The notes beneath the pieces are model-generated. The model worked only from the letters and a program-made list of their open reading frames with translations, was not told where the DNA came from and ran no database searches. From Octopus vulgaris (Eukaryota), in contig OX597816.1 in the NCBI GenBank assembly GCA_951406725.2, positions 147,002,001-147,066,000 on the forward strand: DNA of 64,000 bases, read 5' to 3'. Positions 57,465-64,000 of the stretch are shown one piece after another; the first letter of the stretch is position 1, and every line of letters starts with the position of its first letter. Both the position numbers and the translations under genes were made by a program.

Positions 57465-57510
57465 TTCCAGTTTCAGCTCTTGAGCTGTGGCCATGCTGGG
57501 GCACCGCCAT
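57465..57510 (-). mobile_element. SINE family B 3' tail fragment
   Basis: gtttcag...ggccatgctggggcaccgcc matches the reverse complement of ggcggtgctccagcatggcc. Confidence 0.6.
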
Positions 57511-57670
57511 TGTGGTGAAAGAGTACAGCAGGGATCACCACCCCCTGCCGGAGCCTCGTAGAGCTTTTAGGTGTTTTCGCTCAATAAACACACACAACGC
57601 CCGGTCTGAGAATCGAAACCGCGATCCTGCGACCGCGAGTCCGCTGCCCTAACCACTAGGCCATTGCGCC
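57511..57670 (-). mobile_element. tRNA-derived SINE family C, 5' part
   Basis: Minus strand reads GGCGCAATGGCCTAGTGGTTAGGGCAGCGGACTCGCGGTCGCAGGATCGCGGTTTCGATTCTC, a tRNA-like head with A and B boxes. The body is shared with 41836-42129. Confidence 0.85.
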
Positions 57671-57695
57671 TCTGTATATACATACATATATATAC

Positions 57696-57815
<120 letters not shown>

Positions 57816-57934
57816 GTATTTATATATGTATATGAGAAACACCTGTTTGTGTTTCTGTAAGGTCATATCTACATCTTTTTCCTTGTAAATCTCCTGATTA
57901 CTCCTCACAGCCTTGGCTTTGTTAGCTCATTTTG

Positions 57935-57987
<53 letters not shown>

Positions 57988-57991
<4 letters not shown>

Positions 57992-58200
57992 AAACAAAGG
58001 ATGTCTTTATGTGTGTGTCTGTCTTTGTATTACTGATACATTTCTACAGTTTTCAACCGATTTTCACTTAAGTTTGCACACACAGTAATTATGTGCCAAA
58101 GATGGTCATGCATTATGACATTTTACTCGGAGCTCTCGTGTAGTGCGAGAAACCGACTGGGAAAAGGGTTTCACTTGGAATTTTCTCTAAAAGTTGCCGT
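57988..58200 (+). mobile_element. Possible Helitron/Helentron-derived non-autonomous element, 5' part
   Basis: Follows (TA)n and has a tgtctgtc microrepeat, then caaccgattttcac..aagtttgcacac, a motif reminiscent of HINE/DINE-type elements. No 3' end was identified. Confidence 0.35.
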
Positions 58201-59519
58201 TTTCAATCGATTCCTTCCGCTTGACTGCTGCAGTTTTCAAGCGATTCTCTCATGTTTCTGTCTGTTTATTTATCTCTTCTTTTTCTTTTCCTCACTTTCA
58301 CCCTCTGCAATATTTTCTCTCTTTAAGTCTATGTCTGTTCTTTTTTTACTCATTCTCTCTCTCCCCCTCCCTCTCTCTCCTCTTTCTCTCTCTTTGGAGA
58401 TTGACTCCAGTGTATTTCAGTCCTGGCGTGCGTAAATATCTTTGTCTTCACACCATTTGTACGCCCTCCCTATAACATTACTTTACTTTAATTTTTTTGC
58501 ACTCCAACAATTTAATTATTTACATTTTCTCCCTATTGAAAACTGCTTTGAAACTGCTGGTAATCCTTCATTACTAACCAATGAGAATTCAACCACACCA
58601 CTGAGACTTAATGCGTTAGAAGACATCCTACAGTAGCTCAAGTTATTTTGTTGAAACTATTTTCTTCTACAGTTTTATACACCGAATTGGGGATTGTAGT
58701 TTCTGTCTAGGAATTGACTTTCTTGTGTGATATAATATCGTTTCACTTTTATTGTCTCACTTTGACTTCTAATGTGAGAAACTATAATATTGTTTCACAT
58801 CTATTCATGCACTTTCATGTATATGTTTGCGCGTTCGATACGTAGAGACAGTAAAGAACAACGACGACGACAACGTCATATATATGAGTGTGTATATATC
58901 TCTGAGTGTATGTGCGTCGGTGTATGGTTGTTTGTGTGTATTTTCGCGTTAAGTACATTATTAAATATACGCACATCTACACATACATATACACATGTGA
59001 CAACTGACAAGTGTTAATGTATGTATGTGTCCCTTTCACTATATGTATGTGAGTGTGTATGTGTGTGTATCGTCACATGTTGTATATGAATGCCTATGTG
59101 TCTGTCAGTGTGTGTGTGTTTGCGCGCCCGTTACGCACGTAATTACACACACACGTACATCTACACATACGTATACATGTGTGATGAGAACAGCTGAAGG
59201 TGAAACTCTTGACAAAAAAGAATTATGTGGACGGTCCAAGTTATATAAAAATAAATATCCACCGTTCAATTAACAGTTCATAATTACTGTAGCAGTTACA
59301 AGGTTGCAAAGTATTAACATGTTGCTTATATTTGGTTAATTTACACAACATACAAAAATATAGGCATATTACATCCATACAACTGCTTACAAAAATAGAA
59401 ATTAATATATTTTTCTATATTCATAACCTTTTGTTTAAAATAATTTAAAAAATAAGCCACCATAGAGAAAATTAATCTTTCCAGAAACACCTATAAAGCA
59501 AGGAAAAGTACAGAAAATC

Positions 59520-59865
59520 GAAGTTGAGAGTCTCAAGAGATAAGGTACATGAGGCTTTCTCAACATCAGCAAAGGCATGTTGCAGCACGTGAGATAGAGT
59601 CTAAAACCAGAAGGGACATAACACTTTTCAAAGGTCACCAAACGCAAACCCCAGCATGCTAAATACATTCACAAGAGAGACGTTTAAGGAGACTTCCCCA
59701 GCATCAGCAAAGCCATGCTGCAGTACGTCTAATGGAGTCGCAAGACAGAAGTGAGATGAGACTTTCTCAAAATCAGCAAAGCCATGCTGTAGCACATCAG
59801 ATGCAGTCTCAAAAGTGTAGGGAGATGAAACTTTCCTAAGATTAGCAAAGGCATACTGCAGCATT
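59520..59865. repeat. 69-bp minisatellite with about 5 diverged units
   Basis: The core ctttctcaa.atcagcaaag.catgctgcagca starts at 59555, 59624 (degenerate), 59693, 59762 and 59831, an exact period of 69. Confidence 0.85.
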
Positions 59866-60053
59866 TAATGTCGAATAATTAAAACAACATTTAGCGCGCC
59901 ATATTACACAGAGGTCCAATAGAATAGCTATCAGAAACATACCACGTGCAAATTCGTTCTTCACATCTGCAGCTGCTTTCAGATATGATCCATCCTATTC
60001 ATATACAGATGATAATTCTGTCGACATTCGTGTGCTAAACTATATATATGTGT

Positions 60054-60117
<64 letters not shown>

Positions 60118-60127
60118 ATATGTATAT

Positions 60128-60222
60128 AAAGGGAAAGTTTATGAAAATAAACAAAAGACGAAGATAGGTGGTGTACAAAACAAACAGATGTATTAGTATA
60201 GCGCTCAGGAATAGAAAAATGT
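60128..60222 (-). mobile_element. Truncated PLE-derived short element (family of 44695)
   Basis: aaacaaaagacgaaga...acaaacagatgtattagt.ta.cgctc.ggaa..gaaaaatg aligns to 44710-44781. Confidence 0.65.
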
Positions 60223-60248
60223 ATACATATGTATACATATGTATATAC

Positions 60249-63200
60249 ATATCATCATCATCATTGTTCGACCGTGGTCGAGACAATGGAATTTACCATG
60301 TTGCGCCAGACTTCACGGTCCATCATAGCATTACGGAGGTCCTGTTGCTGGATGCCTGTATCCCTGGAGATTACATCAGGGTAGGAGAGTGTGCACCCTC
60401 TGGTGTTGCGAGTAGATGGCTTCCAGAGGAGAAGATTAGAAATTACTTCTTTTTCAGCTCTACAACAATGTCCAGCAAACTGGACACTCCTACCTTTCAC
60501 AAGAGATGACACAGGTGGTAATTTCCCATATATTTGCATTTTAGTTGGATGGCGCCTCCACGAGAGATTTTGAGCTCTCATAAGGAGGCGAGTGTAGGTT
60601 CCATCCAACCGCCTCTCAAGCTTCTTTGATAACGTCCAGGTTTCTGAGCCATATAGTAGGATTGGTTCGACTGTGGCTTTGAATATTTCAAGTTTGAAGT
60701 CTCTACTTAGATTTGATGACCAGATCTTATGCATGTCATTACAGGCTGACCAGGCCATACCCTTTCTAGTTAGAAAGTCTTTTCCAGATGATGATATGTA
60801 TGACCCAAGATATTAATCAGAAACCATATTTAAAGGTGCACTGTTGAGAGTGTGGATGATGCAATCACTGTTGGACAGGCACTTGTTTATGTATTCAGTT
60901 TTGGTCTCATTGAGGTAAAGACCTACACAATTTGAGGCTTGTTCAAGAGATTGTAAGAGAGACTGGGCATTGGAGAGAGAATCACTGATAAGAGCGATGT
61001 CGTCAGCAAAGTCAGTGTCTGTCAAGTACTCAGCTGGGTGTCTGGAACTTCTTCTTGGTTTTATTTCAAAGCCCTTGCCAGAGATGGTATCAACTGACAT
61101 ACGTAGCATATAATCAACAACAATGATGAAAAGAAATGGGGCGAGTGTGTCTCCCTGCAGTATTCCGGCCTCGATCGAGAAAGATGATGTTTCTCCATCA
61201 GGGGTTAAGATGGTTGAAGACGTATCTGTGTAGAGGACCTTGATGGCAGAAATAATTTTGTCTGGTATCCCATAGAGCTTAAGGATTTCAAACATCTTGT
61301 ACCTATCTACAGAATCGAACGCTTTAGAAAAGTCTACAAATACCATTGCAAGATCGCGATTAAATGCTTTTGATTCTTCAATAAGTCTGCGCAGGCATAG
61401 TATCTGGCTCAGCGTTGAGCGCCCATGTCTGAATCCATTTTGGTTCTTTCGGAGCAAAGGTTCAACAAAAAGGACAAGACGATTTAGGATCAGTTTGTTG
61501 TCCAGTTTTGCAGCAATTGACATTAGAGATATGCCCCTGTAGTTGGTGACGAGGGACAAATCGCCTTTTTGGGTATTGGAATGATTTGAGATTGGTGCCA
61601 AATCTCTGGAGCGACAAAGGTGGAAAGTGTGTGGTTGCAGAGGTTAAGCAAAAGTGTGTGAAATCTATCATCCTTCCAAATCACAGCCGGAATGTTGTCG
61701 GGACCAAATGCTTTCGAGGCTTTTAGTTGCTTGGTGGCTGCTGTTAGTTCAAATATGGTAAAAGGGGAGGTGTTGATGTCCAGCGTGTCTGATATAGGCA
61801 CACTTGGGAGAGTGGGGTTATCAGGGATTTTGGCATTCTTCCCAAGGAGGTTTTTAAAATGGGTTGACCAATTTTCTAAACGCTTCTTAGCTGATCCCCC
61901 TTTAATTCTAATTGATGACCCAGAATTTTTGCCTGATAGGTCTTTGATGGATTTCCAGGCGAGATGGTGTTTTTTACTAATGTGCTCTTTCGATAGTTTA
62001 CTAATTTTGCCATTGATAATTTCGACCTCGGCGTTCAAGTAAGCCTCATCAAGATTCTTCCTGGCAGCTATGAGTTGGATCTTCAGTGACTGGGATGGAG
62101 AACGGTGGTATGCTAGTGATATAGACTTTAGATGGTTTCTGGCTTCGATGACATTTGGGGAATTAGAAGGTTTGCTCTGGCCCCTACTCTTCCTTTTGGG
62201 AAGAGTAGCCAGTGCAACCTCCTCTGTTGATTTGATGAGGCTGCTGTATACTTCCTCAATGTTCTCAGCATCTATTTCAGAAGTAGACAGAGATTGAAAT
62301 TTGTTATAGACCTCAATAGTAAATTGTTTGGACATATCGGGGTTAGATAAGACTTCCTCCCAGTCGATCATTTTGATCGGGTGAGGCTTAGTTTTTTGGA
62401 TGAGCGAAGACTAAGCTTAACGGTAGCTGATACAATTCTGTGGTCAGAGCCGACAGAACTAAAGGAAGAGTAGGATCTCGAGTCCTTAACACTATTGCGC
62501 CATTTCTTTCGAAAGATGAGGTAGTCAATTTGTGCCCTATCACCAAGTGGGGACTCAAATGTCCAAAGTTGACCTTTTGGTTTCATAAAAGAATTGTTGG
62601 AGGTGTAGAGATTAAATTCCTCCAAGAAGTCTTTGAGCATTTCTCCGCTCCGATTGGTTTTAGAGTTGAAAGTAAACTTGGTCTCATCGGGTCCTAGTCT
62701 AGCATTCAGATCACCAGCTATAACCAGAAAATTATGGAGAGGTACTTGCTCAATGGTTGAACGAAAGGTTGTATAGAAATTTTCAATTTCGTCTGCCACA
62801 GACGAATTATGTGGGCTATACACACATACCAATGTTGTTTTTGGGTTTCCATCTATCTCAAGCACCATAATTCTAGGTGAGATTGACTCTATACTCAAGA
62901 GAGTATCACTAGCCTTTGATGAAAGTAGAAATCCGATACCTCCAACTGTTGAATTAACAGTATTCTTTGATGCTGAGGAGGTTACAAGTTGATAAGAACC
63001 GACTTGATGGTATTTGAGGATGTTGTCAGGGTGGTAAAATCTGTGTTCTTGGACAGCTATTATATCAATGCCATGTGATTCTGCATTTGCACCAAGTTCT
63101 TCTAGACGGCCAAGAGAGCCGAGGGTGCGGGCATTGAGGGTGCTGAGTATCGTATGATTTTTACAGCTGATGAGGTGTTTGTTTGGTGTTGTTTGGTTGG

Positions 63201-63430
63201 GGGCTGACTCTTCTCCATCAGGTGATACCCGTCTGTTAAGATTGAGGGCATCACCGTCAATGGATGCCCTTGGAGGTGCAACATGATCAGAGACAGGACC
63301 CGGCAAAGCAGGGGCTGGACCTACATCCGCAGGTATACCATTAGGTCTGGTTACTCTCTGTTTTGGGAGGAATCCTTTTTCCTAGCATTGACAGCTTTCG
63401 GCTAACCTTTTCAAGCACACCTGCTCTTAG
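60249..63430 (-). mobile_element. Near-full-length RTE-type LINE with a single APE-RT ORF and a (TGA)n 3' tail
   Basis: APE motifs STLNARTL, IAVQEHR, VYSPH, AGDLNA, QIDYL and GSDH. RT motifs NYRGISL, QNGFR, FVDFSKAFDSV, QGDTLAPFLF, FADD and YLGS. The C-terminus has FAGHC. The stop codon runs into tgatgatgatg. The 5' boundary is approximate. Confidence 0.92.
60261..63306 (-). pseudogene. Disrupted endonuclease-reverse transcriptase ORF of the RTE-type LINE
   Basis: Four consecutive ORFs (62368-63306, 61523-62371, 60813-61601, 60261-60758) join into one polyprotein. The joins are two frameshifts in A-runs and one in-frame TAA. Confidence 0.9.
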
Positions 63431-64000
63431 GTAATGTATGAAAGTGGAGGTTGTTATTTTTTTAGTAGTAGTTCATTAATTATTTCAGATTTATTTTCTG
63501 ACTTTTGTTTTCTTAAATTATTATTCTTTTGTCTTTCTTACTTAGTCATGAATATTCTTTTGCCCTTGTTTATCATAAATAGTATTGGTTATTTCCGGTT
63601 AAATTTCGGATTCAGAATTCATATATTGTACTCTTCTTTTACCTTTCATATGTGAAAATACTCACAATTTATTTTGTAAAATGGGAACATTTTTAATTTA
63701 CCATTTGCACAGATATTTAGATGTTCATTGCATAGGACATTTCTAAGAGATGAATCCCTAATTTATTGTTTAATCACATTTACACGACTGGTCTCTTTCG
63801 TTTCTATCTTCCCAACGTAGTGGGAATTTGATGCAGTATTTGAGGTTGTTTGTTTTGTATTTCATGTTTGCATTCACTTTTAATTCGTTCCCATTCTTGA
63901 AACTTTTAGTTGTCCCTTGCTCAATTAATTCAAATATACCACAACATAGGGCTACACAGTTGGTTACTTACTTACATCGTTTTCAAATGTGAATTTCGCT

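Noticed and set aside
57596-57670. Possible tRNA gene on the minus strand
   Set aside because: The acceptor stem does not pair cleanly and the sequence continues into a body shared with 41836-42129, so it is a SINE head.
59520-59865. CRISPR-like appearance (conserved block plus more variable block)
   Set aside because: The variable parts are homologous to each other (gagtc.caa..gaga), the repeats are diverged, there are no cas genes and the context is eukaryotic.
61692-62697. Plus-strand ORFs 61692-62042, 62070-62297 and 62440-62697
   Set aside because: They are antisense shadows of the LINE ORF with no independent motifs.
60215-63440. aatgtat as a target-site duplication of the RTE-type LINE
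   Set aside because: It is short, low-complexity and not directly adjacent to the 3' tail.

Overview
AT-rich, microsatellite-dense eukaryotic DNA. The repeat repertoire suggests an animal genome, probably a cephalopod such as Octopus; this is inferred and not verified by any search. No host protein-coding exon can be supported, and most ORFs in the track are translations of simple repeats. The window is a mosaic of mobile elements. These are a near-full-length APE-RT LINE of RTE type (60.25-63.4 kb, minus), further RTE and CR1-like remnants, six R4/Dong-type restriction-like-endonuclease LINE fragments (five next to (TAA)n), three tRNA-derived SINE families, mariner- and piggyBac-type MITEs, several fold-back elements, and Penelope-like (PLE) GIY-YIG remnants. 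The most notable signal is a recurring class of short elements in (TA)n tracts that carry minimal type-I hammerhead ribozyme motifs, often with inverted terminal duplications. The best example is a perfect 69-bp inverted repeat at 25528-25681 with a hammerhead on each strand. A frame-preserving 69-bp (23-codon) minisatellite at about 59.5-59.9 kb is also unexplained.
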